NCBI GenBank assembly: GCA_021774575.1 | Contig: JAJFIX010000031.1 | Location: 28,264-92,263 of the forward strand | DNA length: 64,000 bases | From: Alphaproteobacteria bacterium | GTDB lineage: Bacteria > Pseudomonadota > Alphaproteobacteria > UBA6615 | Reading direction: 5' to 3' | Shown here: positions 10,538 to 20,864 of the stretch, piece by piece | How positions within the stretch are numbered: the stretch's first letter is position 1 | Layout: every line of letters starts with the position of its first letter | Program-made: the position numbers and the translations under genes | Notes under the pieces: generated by a model | What the model saw: the letters and a program-made list of their open reading frames with translations, nothing else | What the model was told of the DNA's origin: nothing | The model's database searches: none

Positions 10538-10600
10538 ACTGGGTTCGCTAAACTGGGTTCGCTAAACATGGGTTCGATAATAGGGGTTTGCTAACTGCGT
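10527..10600. repeat. About five tandem, progressively degenerate copies of a 14-bp unit (gggttcgctaaact)
   Basis: Seen directly. The first three copies are perfect or near-perfect, and the array spans the comEC stop codon. Confidence 0.8.
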
Positions 10601-10617
10601 AAACTCCAAAATATTGT

Positions 10618-11403
10618 TTAATAACTGCGCATTAGGCCAACTAATTTACCTTGTATTTCAACTTGGTCAGGGCCGAATATGCGGGTTTCATAGGCCTGGT
10701 TTGCTGGTTCAAGGGCAACCGACTTATGGCGTTTGCGCAGCCGCTTGAGTGTCACCTCATGACCATCGACAAGGGCAACCACGATCGCTCCATTTTCGGC
10801 GGTGCGGCATCGTTCAATGAGTACGGTGTCGCCGTCATGAATACCGGCCTCGACCATCGAATCGCCGCCGACGGTTAGGCAATAAAACTCGCCGCGGCCA
10901 ACCATTTCAGGCGGCACCGATACTCGCGAGCTTTCATCACGCAGTGCTTCGATCGGTGTGCCTGCGGCAATAGTGCCGAGCATCGGCAGTTCGACGGGTG
11001 CCTTGGCTGACTGTCCGGCGACGGTCGGATTGCCGCTGCCATGGCCGCCTTCAATGACTTTCGGGTCAAATTTGCCATTTGGTCCTGACGAGGGCGCGGC
11101 ACCATATGCGGTTTGGCGCGCTGTCGCCCGATTGTTCCTCGAAGCTTTTCCGGCAGCGGCTTTGAGCCCCAAGCCCTTCAGGGCAACATCGTCCGGTAAT
11201 CTGAGAATTTCAAGCGCCCTTGCGCGATGGGGCAGGCGGCGAATAAAACCTCTCTCTTCAAGTCCGGTAATCAAACGATGTATGCCGGATTTTGATTTCA
11301 ACTCCAGCGCATCCTTCATTTCATCAAAGGATGGCGATACCCCGTGCCGGTTTAAATGGCTATTTATGTAGACAAGCAGTTGATTTTGTTTCTGCGTAAG
11401 CAT
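10618..11403 (-). CDS. lexA: LexA repressor (SOS regulon)
   Basis: N-terminal winged-helix domain ([17 protein letters not shown]…). C-terminal S24 peptidase domain (…[19 protein letters not shown]…) with a Ser/Lys dyad region. The 261 aa length reflects a long linker. Confidence 0.9.
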   Translation of the reverse strand: MLTQKQNQLLVYINSHLNRHGVSPSFDEMKDALELKSKSGIHRLITGLEERGFIRRLPHRARALEILRLPDDVALKGLGLKAAAGKASRNNRATARQTAYGAAPSSGPNGKFDPKVIEGGHGSGNPTVAGQSAKAPVELPMLGTIAAGTPIEALRDESSRVSVPPEMVGRGEFYCLTVGGDSMVEAGIHDGDTVLIERCRTAENGAIVVALVDGHEVTLKRLRKRHKSVALEPANQAYETRIFGPDQVEIQGKLVGLMRSY

Positions 11404-11580
11404 CGATTAGACAATTCCACTCCCGGTGACCCCCCGTCTTGGGTTCCCGACACGTTTTCGGTCGGGTAAACGCCACCTGCCCAGAGTTCCCGGCGCCAGT
11501 CCTCGGCACCGAAATTCTATATGCAGTACACCGAATTTGTCCGAATCCCAGATTTAGAACAAAACGGCAACCTTATAAAT

Positions 11581-11603
11581 GTTCTAAAGATGTTCTTTTG
11601 TTC
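11581..11603. promoter_or_regulatory. Candidate alphaproteobacterial SOS box: GTTC-N7-GTTC, with a third GTTC 4 nt downstream
   Basis: Seen: GTTCtaaagatGTTCttttGTTC upstream of lexA. This matches the alphaproteobacterial LexA direct-repeat consensus GTTC-N7-GTTC. A degenerate copy, GTTCccgacacGTTT, lies at 11443-11457. Confidence 0.55.
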
Positions 11604-11653
11604 GGTCAAGGCGGTTAATGGTCAATTAACGATATTTGAAGAGAGAGTTTGGG

Positions 11654-12877
11654 TTAGGAATTCTCAAAATTGAGGGTATCGACCGTCTCGCCCGCACGCG
11701 ATGCCGGCGCGCCCGGTGGCCGAATTATCAGGCAGTCGGCTTCATGCATTGTTCGCAGCATTGAGCTGTCTTGGCGCGAATAGGGGTGTGCCGTTGTGCG
11801 ATTACCGTCGCGGACTAGGCGGGCGCGCAAATAGGACTGCCGGCTGTCATTCGCGGCCAAATTTTCGGCTAGGGTGGCCGGTTGAACCTGCGGCAGGAGG
11901 TCACGCTCATGGCGCCCAGACATTTTGGCAATGGCGGGACTTAGGAACAGCAGGCCACAGACCAAACTCGAAACAGGATTTCCGGGCAGACCGAGGAATG
12001 CCATATCTCCACCCTCGGGTCGAAATTGGCCGAAAATAAGTGGTTTTCCAGGACGCATGGCGATTTTCCAGAAATCGACACTGAGGCCCATTTTACCCAA
12101 AACCGGTTGAATGAGATCATGGTCGCCGACTGACGCACCGCCCGTCGTAACCAGCATATCGCACCCAGCGGCCGCTTTAGCCCGTGAGGTGAGACCGTCC
12201 TCGTCATCGCTCGCGATACCAAGGTCGACGGCAATGCCGCCGGCGTTTTCAATCAGTGCGGCTAGGGCAAAATTATTGGAGCTAACGATCCGGGTCGCCC
12301 CGGTTTCATCACCGGGTAGAACAATTTCATCACCAGTCGCAAGCAGTGCTATTCGCGGTTTGCGCGCGACATTGAGCCACGAAACGTTCATCGCTGCAAT
12401 CAGTCCGATGGCGCGGGGGTTAAGCCGAGTGCCGGGCGTGACGAGGGTCTCTCCGACACTGAAATCCAGTCCGGCCGGTCGCACGTAATGGCCGCTCGGT
12501 ACCGTGACGCCAATTTCTACCGTTCCGGCCGCCGCATCTTCTTTTGTGTCTTCTTGAATGACGATGGCGTCGGCCCCGGCGGGCAAAGGGGCGCCGGTAA
12601 AGATACGGGCGGCCTGGCCTGGACCAATTATTTTCGAACTCATTTTCCCCGCAGGAATGCGATCAACAATCTCCAACGTCGTTGGCGCTGCACCGACATC
12701 GCCTGCTCGCACCGCATAGCCATCCATCGCCGAAAGAGCGACAGGCGGTTGGGTCGTCCGGGCGACCACCGGGCCGGCGAGAACTCTGTTGTTTGCCGCG
12801 GCAATGCCGATTTGCTCGCTTGGGCTTGGCGCCAGTGTGGCAAGAATGCGTGCCTGTGCTTCGTCGACGGAAATCAT
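11654..12877 (-). CDS. moeA: Molybdopterin molybdotransferase
   Basis: 407 aa in the MoeA family (…LPGNPVSSLVCGLLF…). Its start overlaps the moaC stop by 4 nt. Confidence 0.9.
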   Translation of the reverse strand: MISVDEAQARILATLAPSPSEQIGIAAANNRVLAGPVVARTTQPPVALSAMDGYAVRAGDVGAAPTTLEIVDRIPAGKMSSKIIGPGQAARIFTGAPLPAGADAIVIQEDTKEDAAAGTVEIGVTVPSGHYVRPAGLDFSVGETLVTPGTRLNPRAIGLIAAMNVSWLNVARKPRIALLATGDEIVLPGDETGATRIVSSNNFALAALIENAGGIAVDLGIASDDEDGLTSRAKAAAGCDMLVTTGGASVGDHDLIQPVLGKMGLSVDFWKIAMRPGKPLIFGQFRPEGGDMAFLGLPGNPVSSLVCGLLFLSPAIAKMSGRHERDLLPQVQPATLAENLAANDSRQSYLRARLVRDGNRTTAHPYSRQDSSMLRTMHEADCLIIRPPGAPASRAGETVDTLNFENS

Positions 12878-13362
12878 TTGAGCCGGCCGGCAACCGAATA
12901 GGGCCCCGACTTGCCGCCGGATTTATGGACGAGGTGAATATCGGTAATTCTAATCCCCTTATCGGCGGCTTTGCACATATCGTAGATTGTCAGGGCGGCT
13001 ATCGAGGCGGCCGTCATCGCTTCCATCTCGACCCCGGTTCGTGCCGTTGTTCGGGCTGTTGCAGTGACGTCAATCGTTGGGCCCTTTTCGTCGAGCGCAA
13101 AGTCGACCGTAATTTGGGTGAGCGGCAGCGGGTGACAGAGCGGAATGAGCTCGGCGGTCCGTTTTGCCGCCATAATGCCGGCAATCCGAGCGACGGATAG
13201 AACGTCGCCCTTGGCGACTTGCCGGTCATTAATCAGATCGAACGTTTCCCGGTTGAGGCAAACACGGGCGCTAGCGCCCGCGACTCTTTCGGTTTCGGCT
13301 TTGCCGCCAACGTCGACCATTTTTGCCTTGCCGTCGGTATCGATATGGCTGAGTTTTGCCAT
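12874..13362 (-). CDS. moaC: Cyclic pyranopterin monophosphate synthase
   Basis: MoaC fold ([21 protein letters not shown]…). The internal start at 13362 was chosen. TAATG overlaps the trpC stop. Confidence 0.9.
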   Translation of the reverse strand: MAKLSHIDTDGKAKMVDVGGKAETERVAGASARVCLNRETFDLINDRQVAKGDVLSVARIAGIMAAKRTAELIPLCHPLPLTQITVDFALDEKGPTIDVTATARTTARTGVEMEAMTAASIAALTIYDMCKAADKGIRITDIHLVHKSGGKSGPYSVAGRLK

Positions 13363-14180
13363 TATGCGGCCTCTTTGGGGTGGAGCAGCGCTTGGGTTGC
13401 CGCGGTCACATCGGCTTTGCGCATTAAGGCTTCGCCGATTAAAAAGCATCCGACGCCGCACGCGGCCATGCGGTCGAGATCACTTCTGGTGAACAATCCG
13501 CTCTCACTGACAATGAGCGGCGGCGTTGCAAGCCCGGCCTGCGCAATCAGTGGCACCAAGGTTTCGGTCATCGCAATATCTACCGCCAAGGTCTTTAAGT
13601 TTCGGTTGTTGACGCCAATCAAGGTGGGGGAGAGTTTTAGCCCGCGTTCGACCTCTTCCGCGCTGTGGGTTTCGACCAGTACGTCCATCGACCAGGCCGC
13701 CGCCGCTGCGGCAATTTCGAGCGCCTGCGCGTCGGAAAGGGCGGCCATGATGATCAATATACAGTCGGCGCCGAGAGCCCGTGATTCAGCAACCTGATAG
13801 GGGTCGACCATGAAGTCTTTGCGCAAAACCGGCAGATTTGTGGCCGCCCGTGCCTCGACTAGATAAGTATCGTGTCCCTGAAAATAGGGTGTGTCGGTGA
13901 GCACTGAGAGGCAGGCTGCGCCGCCGGCTTGATAGGCGGCAGCGAGAAGGGACGGATTGAAATCGGATCGGATCAGGCCTTTTGACGGCGAAGCCTTTTT
14001 GATTTCCGCAATTAAACCATAGGATCCGGCCGATTGTTTTGCCTTGAGGGCGGCGGCAAATCCGCGAACGGGTGATTGCTCGTTGCCCTTGCGTTCAAGC
14101 TCAGCAAGGCTGGTTTGGGCCTTGCGTTCGGCAACCAGCTTGCTTTTTTCGGCGCAAATTTTGGCTAATACATCCGACAT
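13362..14180 (-). CDS. trpC: Indole-3-glycerol phosphate synthase
   Basis: TIM-barrel IGPS sequence (…LAELER…, …FLIGEALM…). Start set at MSDVLAKI. Confidence 0.9.
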   Translation of the reverse strand: MSDVLAKICAEKSKLVAERKAQTSLAELERKGNEQSPVRGFAAALKAKQSAGSYGLIAEIKKASPSKGLIRSDFNPSLLAAAYQAGGAACLSVLTDTPYFQGHDTYLVEARAATNLPVLRKDFMVDPYQVAESRALGADCILIIMAALSDAQALEIAAAAAAWSMDVLVETHSAEEVERGLKLSPTLIGVNNRNLKTLAVDIAMTETLVPLIAQAGLATPPLIVSESGLFTRSDLDRMAACGVGCFLIGEALMRKADVTAATQALLHPKEAA

Positions 14181-14205
14181 GGTTTTAGGCTCTTGCTTTC
14201 CAATT

Positions 14206-15246
14206 TTAGCTGCGGTTGGTGATTTCAATCATACGGTCCAAATGTCTTCTAGCATCGCCGCTATCGATTGCATTTTCGCCCATCCTGCAGGCTGCATTAA
14301 TCTCGCTGGCCTGTCCGGCAACGATCAGACCGGCCGCGGCGTTTAGCACGACAATGTCGCGGTAGGCGCCGGGCTCGCCGTCCAGCATTGTTTTCAAGGC
14401 AGCGGCATTATAGTCGGGGTCGGCGCCTTTCAAATCGGCGAAAGTAGCGCGAGGCAATCCGGCATCCTCGGGAGTGATTTCGAAGGTGCGGACGGCGCCG
14501 TCCTTCAATTCGGCAACCTGCGTCACCCCGGTCGTGGTCATCTCATCCATGCCGTCGCCATGCATCACCCAGGCTTGTTCAAGTCCCAGTTTACCCAGCG
14601 TTTTTGCCATGGGTTCGACCCATTGGGGGGCGAAGACCCCAATAATTTGGCGCTTTACATGGGCCGGGTTGGAAAGGGGGCCGAGCAAATTAAAAATTGT
14701 TCGTGTGCCGAGCTCGACCCGGGGGCCGCCGACATTGGCCATGGCCGCGTGGTGGCGGGGGGCCATCAGAAAACCGACATTATTTTCCCATAATGATTCA
14801 CGAACGAGGCTCATATCCGCGTCGATATTGATGCCGAGCGCTGTCAACACGTCTGCAGCACCGGTTTTTGAACTCAGAGCCCGGTTTCCATGCTTGGCGA
14901 CAGGAACGCCGCAGGCGGCGATTAAAAAACTCGCAGCGGTTGAGATGTTGAGCGTGCCCTTTGCGTCTCCCCCCGTGCCACAGGTATCAATAGCGCCGTC
15001 GGGCGGGTCGATATGCAAGGCTTTGCTGCGCATTACCCGCGCCGCACCGGTAATTTCGTCAACGGTTTCCCCGCGAGTCCGCAGGGCCATCAGGAAACCG
15101 CCAATTTGGGCCGGAGTTGCGTTGCCCGACATGATTATCTCAAAAGCGGTCTCGGCCTGGTTTTGATCGAGGGATTGGCCGGTGGCGACGATAGCAAGCA
15201 GCGGCTTGAGGTCGCTGTCGGCCCGGTCATGGGTGGCGTTGTTCAT
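14206..15246 (-). CDS. trpD: Anthranilate phosphoribosyltransferase
   Basis: 346 aa with a TrpD glycine-rich motif (…[16 protein letters not shown]…). Confidence 0.9.
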   Translation of the reverse strand: MNNATHDRADSDLKPLLAIVATGQSLDQNQAETAFEIIMSGNATPAQIGGFLMALRTRGETVDEITGAARVMRSKALHIDPPDGAIDTCGTGGDAKGTLNISTAASFLIAACGVPVAKHGNRALSSKTGAADVLTALGINIDADMSLVRESLWENNVGFLMAPRHHAAMANVGGPRVELGTRTIFNLLGPLSNPAHVKRQIIGVFAPQWVEPMAKTLGKLGLEQAWVMHGDGMDEMTTTGVTQVAELKDGAVRTFEITPEDAGLPRATFADLKGADPDYNAAALKTMLDGEPGAYRDIVVLNAAAGLIVAGQASEINAACRMGENAIDSGDARRHLDRMIEITNRS

Positions 15247-15872
15247 GCGATAACCCGTTCAAATTCCGGCACGGCATCGATAGTCTTGCCTGTCGCAATT
15301 TTTAGAAAATTTGCCAGCAAACTGTGACCGGCCTGTGAAGCGATGCTTTCGGGATGAAATTGAGCGCCAAATATTGGCAGAGTGCGATGAGCAAGCCCCA
15401 TAATGACCGAATTGTCACCTTCGCCTTCAATTTCAGCCGTCACCTCAAGCTCGCTAGGCAGGCTAGAACGCTCAACGACGAGCGAGTGGTATCGGGTGGC
15501 AATGAAGGGGTTTGGCAGGCCTTCGAATATGCCGGTTTCGCCATGTTGAATTGGGCTTACCTTACCATGAACGATTTCCGGGGCTGCCACGACTTTGCCG
15601 CCGAAAGCTTGGCCGATTGCCTGATGGCCGAGGCAGATACCCAACATTGGGATGCCAGCATCAGCGGCGGCGCGCACGAGATCAAGACAGATACCCGCAT
15701 TGTCGGGCACTGACGGTCCTGGCGACAAAACGATGGCTTCCGGTTTCAGGGCAATTGCCTGTTGGGCCGAAAGTTTGTCGTTGCGCTGCACCGACGTCTC
15801 CGCACCCAACTCGCCCAAAAAATGGACGAGGTTGTATGTGAAACTATCGTAGTTATCGATTAATAAAATCAT
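15243..15872 (-). CDS. trpG: Anthranilate synthase component II (class I glutamine amidotransferase)
   Basis: 209 aa amidotransferase with catalytic Cys ([10 protein letters not shown]). It overlaps trpD by 4 nt and sits between trpE and trpD. Confidence 0.85.
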   Translation of the reverse strand: MILLIDNYDSFTYNLVHFLGELGAETSVQRNDKLSAQQAIALKPEAIVLSPGPSVPDNAGICLDLVRAAADAGIPMLGICLGHQAIGQAFGGKVVAAPEIVHGKVSPIQHGETGIFEGLPNPFIATRYHSLVVERSSLPSELEVTAEIEGEGDNSVIMGLAHRTLPIFGAQFHPESIASQAGHSLLANFLKIATGKTIDAVPEFERVIA

Positions 15873-15917
15873 TTCATAGTCTTATTTTGTATACTGAAGG
15901 TGTTACTTTACCAGTTT

Positions 15918-17423
15918 TTAGCGCCTCGCGGCAAATCGAATGGCCTCATCTGCGGCTCGAAGCAGTGCTTTGGCTTTGTTCTGACTTTCTTCATATTCGG
16001 ATTTTGGCTGACTGTCGGCAACCACACCGCCTCCGGCCTGGGCATACATTTTACCGTCTTTGACTAGGGCGGTGCGCAAGGCAATGCAGGTATCCATCTC
16101 GCCACCGGCGCCGAAATAACCGACGGCCCCGCCATAAAAGGACCGGCGCACCGGCTCCAACTCGTCAATTATCTCCATGGCGCGAACTTTTGGCGCGCCG
16201 GAAACGGTTCCGGCGGGGAAGCCGGCAATCAGTGCTTTTAAAGCGTCATAGGTCGGCGATAACTTGCCGACGACATTGGAGACTATGTGCATGACGTGGC
16301 TGTAATTCTCGATGACGAATTTTTCCGTCACTTTGACCGTACCGATTTCGGCGACCCGGCCGACATCATTGCGCCCGAGATCGAGCAGCATGATGTGTTC
16401 TGCGCGCTCTTTGGGGTCGGCGAGCAGGTCGGCGGCTAATTCGGCGTCCTCAGCCTTGGTTTTGCCACGGGGGCGCGTTCCGGCGATGGGACGGATGGTT
16501 ACCTCGTCGTCGCGTAGCCTCACCAATATTTCGGGACTGGATCCGACGATGGCGAAATGATTAAAATTGAGGAAAAACAAAAAGGGTGATGGATTGAGCC
16601 GCCGAAGAGACCGGTACAGCGAAAACGGCGGCAGGGTGAAAGGCAGCTCAAACCGCTGGCTCGGGACAACTTGAAAAACATCGCCCTGACGAATATAGGA
16701 TTTGGCTTTTTCGACCATATCGAAGTAATTTTCTGGGGTCATATTGGCCGTCGGCTTCGGCGGCTCGGCATCGACCTCGGTCGCCTCACGGCGATAGGGG
16801 AGCGATCGGGAAAAATCATTTTCAATATCGCTCAGTCTTTCGCGGGCTTGAGCATAGGCGGCTCCCGCACTCACATCCGGCGCCGGTCGAACCGGTGTAA
16901 CGACAGTAACCACATCCTCGATACTGTCGAACACCGCCATCACAGTCGGGCGAACGAAAACGGCGTCGGGAATACCGATTGTATCGGGGTTGGCGTCGGG
17001 CAGCTCTTCCATCAGCCGCACCATGTCGTAGCCGAGATAGCCGACGAGACCAGCCGCCATCGGCGTGATACCCTCGGGCAGGTCAATCCGGCTCTCGTCG
17101 ATAAAATCGCTTAATGCGTCGAGGCTTGGTTTGTCGCAGGGGGCGAATGCATCCAAGTCAAATCGGGCCTGGCGATTGATTTCAGCCCGGTTGCCGAAGG
17201 CGCGCCAAATCACATCGGGCTTTAATCCAATACCCGAATACCGACCGCGGACAGCGCCGCCTTCGACGGATTCAAGTAAAAAACTATATGGCCGCTCGTC
17301 GGCAAGCTTCATGAAGGCCGACACCGGCGTTTCCAGGTCGGCGACCAAACTTGTCCAGATAAGCTGCGGCTTACCAGAGGCGTAGACCGCTTCAAATGCG
17401 GCAAAATCCGGGGAAACGGTCAT
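15918..17423 (-). CDS. trpE: Anthranilate synthase component I
   Basis: 501 aa chorismate-binding enzyme (…GAVGYFGAGGEMDTCIALRT…). Confidence 0.9.
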   Translation of the reverse strand: MTVSPDFAAFEAVYASGKPQLIWTSLVADLETPVSAFMKLADERPYSFLLESVEGGAVRGRYSGIGLKPDVIWRAFGNRAEINRQARFDLDAFAPCDKPSLDALSDFIDESRIDLPEGITPMAAGLVGYLGYDMVRLMEELPDANPDTIGIPDAVFVRPTVMAVFDSIEDVVTVVTPVRPAPDVSAGAAYAQARERLSDIENDFSRSLPYRREATEVDAEPPKPTANMTPENYFDMVEKAKSYIRQGDVFQVVPSQRFELPFTLPPFSLYRSLRRLNPSPFLFFLNFNHFAIVGSSPEILVRLRDDEVTIRPIAGTRPRGKTKAEDAELAADLLADPKERAEHIMLLDLGRNDVGRVAEIGTVKVTEKFVIENYSHVMHIVSNVVGKLSPTYDALKALIAGFPAGTVSGAPKVRAMEIIDELEPVRRSFYGGAVGYFGAGGEMDTCIALRTALVKDGKMYAQAGGGVVADSQPKSEYEESQNKAKALLRAADEAIRFAARR

Positions 17424-17445
17424 TGGGGCTTTGCTTGTCTATCGG

Positions 17446-19335
17446 TTAACGATTGAAAAAGAGCTCTTCAATTGTCGAGCTTTCCACGTTGACTTTGATG
17501 TCGGCGCGCAAGGCCTCGGTCATTTGGACGATGAGGTCCTGAGCCATGCTGAATTTCAGCTGGTCGACCAAGCCGGTCCATTCCTCGACATCGTCCCCAG
17601 GCTCGGCAATATCGACTGCAGTTAAACGGCCAACCAACATCGCAGTATCGAGATCGACGCTAAATGCGTCTCCAACCTCGACACCAAACAGGGGGTCAAT
17701 CAGTCCCGAGGGCAGGCCGCCGGTGTGACCTGAGCGGGTGAAGGGCTCGGGAGCAATGACGTCATAGCCAAACCTGGTGCTGACGGTGTCGCTGCTTGCC
17801 CCGCCGCGCAGCTGCTCTGTTATTTCTTCGGCTTGCGCACGGGCGAGGTCCATTTTTCTCTCCGATACCCAGGCCGCGCTCACCTTATCGGCAATTTCGG
17901 CCTGATCGGGAATGCGGTCGGCGATCACTTCATCGATCGAAACGAAAAAGAAACCGCCATTATCGGTAAAGATCAATTGGCCCGACTGGCCGTCGGACAG
18001 GGAGAATATCTCTGTCAGGACTTTTTGGTCGAATGGCAGGTTTTCGGCAAAATTGCCCTCGCCATCGGTTCCGTCGTGGGCTACCGGACCGACATTTAGC
18101 ACCGGCAAGCCGACATCGCTGGCCGCTTCATCTAAATTGGCGCCTCCGGCCAAAGCATCGTCGACCAGGTCGGCATAATCGAACAAAACCAAATTGGCCT
18201 CTTCCAATGCAAGACCCAGGCGCAAATCTTCGTGTACCTCGTCGAGGGGCGGAACAACACCACCTTCGCTCGATTGAACATGGATGAGCACCCACCCAAA
18301 AGCGGTTTCGAACGGTTCCGTCACCCCGCCAACCTCGGCTGAAAATGCCGGACCAGACTGTTCGGGCAGCAATTCCTCGCGCCTGACAACGCCAATTTCA
18401 TCGGCACCGACGCCAAGGGCGGCCGCGACCGCATCACCAAATGCAGCACCGTTGGAGATGGCGTCATAGGTCGATTGTGCCGTCTCGACGTTGGGGAAGA
18501 TGGCTTGTTCCAAAAAACGGCGTTCCGGCGGCGTGAACTGGTGCCCACGTTCTTCATAGGCGGTAACAATTTGCTCTTCAGTGATTTCAATGTCGGCGGC
18601 AAGGCTGTCCGGGGTCACCCAGAGCACCGTCGCCATACGCGTCGGCACTGTACGGAAACTCTCTTGGTTATCGGAATAGAACTGCGCCAACTCACCGGCA
18701 CTCGGCGTCGCAGGGTCAGCTTGGCTTGCCGCATCGATGAGGAATATTTCGGCTGTCCGCTGCTCGTAATAATAATGATACAGCGCTTCAGCCAGCGGCT
18801 TGGGGGCGGTAACGCCCAAAAACAGGCTGCCTACATATTGGTCTTGGACAATGATTTGGCCGCGCAGCGACTCGGCAAACTGACTTTCGCTCATTCCCCG
18901 CTGCAGCAAATACGTATCAAAGGCGATTCGATTGAACTGGCCGCCGGCTTGGAACGCAGATTGCGAAATGATCTGATCGGCGATGATATCGTTGCCGACG
19001 ACGAGCCCGAGCCGGTCGGCACCCTCTTCGAACAGGGCTTGATTAACCAATTCACTGACTGTTAGCGCCATCACTTCGCGTTGTTGATCCAGGTTTAGGA
19101 TGCCCTGAGATCCATTCTGCTGCGAGGCGCGGCTCGTTTGAATGTTGAATTGTGTTTGAACATCGTTAACGCCGTAGGATATCGACCCCACTTCCACCAA
19201 CGCATTGACATTGCCCAGAAAGGCCGAGGTCAGGTTGCCAGAGACGCCAAAAAAGGCCACGAATGTCAGCGCAAGAAGGCCAAGCAAGGCTTTCATATAC
19301 CAGGTCTTCGACCCTTCACGAAGAGAGCTGAGCAT
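17446..19335 (-). CDS. ppiD: Periplasmic chaperone PpiD (SurA-like/parvulin-type PPIase family)
   Basis: 629 aa with an N-terminal membrane anchor (…YMKALLGLLALTFVAFFG…) followed by a long periplasmic domain. It follows trpE, as in many alphaproteobacteria. Confidence 0.7.
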   Translation of the reverse strand: MLSSLREGSKTWYMKALLGLLALTFVAFFGVSGNLTSAFLGNVNALVEVGSISYGVNDVQTQFNIQTSRASQQNGSQGILNLDQQREVMALTVSELVNQALFEEGADRLGLVVGNDIIADQIISQSAFQAGGQFNRIAFDTYLLQRGMSESQFAESLRGQIIVQDQYVGSLFLGVTAPKPLAEALYHYYYEQRTAEIFLIDAASQADPATPSAGELAQFYSDNQESFRTVPTRMATVLWVTPDSLAADIEITEEQIVTAYEERGHQFTPPERRFLEQAIFPNVETAQSTYDAISNGAAFGDAVAAALGVGADEIGVVRREELLPEQSGPAFSAEVGGVTEPFETAFGWVLIHVQSSEGGVVPPLDEVHEDLRLGLALEEANLVLFDYADLVDDALAGGANLDEAASDVGLPVLNVGPVAHDGTDGEGNFAENLPFDQKVLTEIFSLSDGQSGQLIFTDNGGFFFVSIDEVIADRIPDQAEIADKVSAAWVSERKMDLARAQAEEITEQLRGGASSDTVSTRFGYDVIAPEPFTRSGHTGGLPSGLIDPLFGVEVGDAFSVDLDTAMLVGRLTAVDIAEPGDDVEEWTGLVDQLKFSMAQDLIVQMTEALRADIKVNVESSTIEELFFNR

Positions 19336-19495
19336 ATCTGTGTATCTCCTTAAAACTCGAACGGCGAATTACGGGCCGAAGACTGTCTCGGCCGACTATG
19401 AATCAGAGGGCGTTTAAGGGTATATGACAGCCGAACGGGTTCCGCAACGCCCGACATTTCATCAGGGTTTTTCAAGGATAGATTGAGGATGGGTA

Positions 19496-20266
19496 ATGAG
19501 CGAGCATGATCGCCGACCGTTGGTCGCGGGAAACTGGAAAATGAACGGATTACAGCAAGATGGGCTTGCGCTGGCACGCGCGGTGGCCAACGAAATGCCG
19601 AAGCCTGGACCTGAAATCCTCATTTGCCCACCGGCAACATTGGTCAACGCTATTGCCCAATGCGTGGAAGGAAGCTCGGTCTTGGTTGGGGGCCAAGATT
19701 GTCACCCAGCCACCAGTGGCGCGCATACCGGCGACATAAGTGCTGAAATGCTCGTCGATGCCGGTGCGACCCATGTCATTTTGGGCCACTCTGAGCGCCG
19801 TCAAGATCACGGTGAAACCAGCCCCGACATACGAGCCAAACTCACCGCCGCCCACGACGCTGGACTGGTCGCCATCGTCTGCATCGGCGAAACTCTTGCC
19901 GAGCGCGACGCGGGCCAGACCCTCGACATCCTGTCGGCTCAACTCGAAGCAAGTCTGACCCCTGCCGGAGACCATCGAGTGACAGCGGGAAATACGGTCA
20001 TTGCTTATGAACCAATATGGGCAATCGGCACCGGGCGAACACCGAGCCTGGATGATGTTGGCGTTGCCCACGCCCATATTCGCAGTTTTCTTGCCACTTT
20101 GATCGCCGCAGAGGCTGGTGGTATGCGCCTACTTTACGGCGGCTCAGTGAAGCCTGGGAACGCTGAAGAACTACTGGCAATAGCCGATGTCGACGGCGCC
20201 CTGGTCGGTGGGGCCAGTCTCCAGGCTGAAGATTTCTGCGCAATTGCGGCTGCAGCACACTCATAA
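19496..20266 (+). CDS. tpiA: Triosephosphate isomerase
   Basis: 256 aa (…VAGNWKMNG…, …[11 protein letters not shown]…). Confidence 0.95.
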   Translation: MSEHDRRPLVAGNWKMNGLQQDGLALARAVANEMPKPGPEILICPPATLVNAIAQCVEGSSVLVGGQDCHPATSGAHTGDISAEMLVDAGATHVILGHSERRQDHGETSPDIRAKLTAAHDAGLVAIVCIGETLAERDAGQTLDILSAQLEASLTPAGDHRVTAGNTVIAYEPIWAIGTGRTPSLDDVGVAHAHIRSFLATLIAAEAGGMRLLYGGSVKPGNAEELLAIADVDGALVGGASLQAEDFCAIAAAAHS

Positions 20267-20357
20267 CAATGTAGGTGATTGTGGTTGGGTTCGAAAAGAC
20301 TGGCGCGCGCGCCGATTTGGGCCTAAATAGCGTGGCTTCATATTATAGGTTAGATCA

Positions 20358-20726
20358 ATGACGTTTTTGCTAGTCATACATATGCTGTTGGCCCTTGGAA
20401 TTGTTGGGCTGGTATTGCTGCAGCGATCAGAGGGCGGTGCGCTCGGAATTGGTGGTTCCGGGGGCGGCGGCATGGGCGGTTTGATGGGAGGCCGCGAGGC
20501 CGCCAACTTGCTGACCAGAGCAACCGCTGTTTTCGCCGCACTGTTTTTTACGACAAGTATCGTCTTGTCGATATTGTCCGGCGGCACTGGTGGCAGCCGG
20601 TCGATATTGGATGATCGGCCGCAACCGGTTTCCGTGGATCCGGCGGCTACGACACCGGCTGACGGTGCGGTGAGCGAGGATGGCTCTGAGGATATACCGG
20701 CGGCAGGTGTTCCGTTAGATGAGTGA
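20358..20726 (+). CDS. secG: Preprotein translocase subunit SecG
   Basis: 122 aa (MTFLLVIHMLLALGIVGLVLLQRSEGG…), with a Gly-rich middle region and a second TM. Confidence 0.9.
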   Translation: MTFLLVIHMLLALGIVGLVLLQRSEGGALGIGGSGGGGMGGLMGGREAANLLTRATAVFAALFFTTSIVLSILSGGTGGSRSILDDRPQPVSVDPAATTPADGAVSEDGSEDIPAAGVPLDE

Positions 20727-20759
20727 TTGGGTAACCCAGCAACATAGTCTTTCGAATTT

Positions 20760-20783
20760 GGCGGCACAGGTGCCGCCTTTTTC
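20760..20783 (+). terminator. Rho-independent terminator after secG
   Basis: GGCGGCAC-AG-GTGCCGCC hairpin followed by TTTTTC. Confidence 0.7.
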
Positions 20784-20864
20784 ATGCGCGGCGGTTGATT
20801 TTTTTACGGTTTCGGGGCGTTGCTGACTCTGCGACGCGTGTATTCTCTGATATAGAAGAACACT

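Noticed and set aside
19336-19495. Looked for tRNA or other small RNA genes in the larger intergenic gaps (19336-19495, 38070-38275, 44426-44612, 47475-47639)
   Set aside because: No cloverleaf-compatible sequence with a GTTCRANYC T-loop and acceptor pairing was seen. The gaps are more consistent with promoter regions, although an sRNA cannot be excluded without a covariance search.
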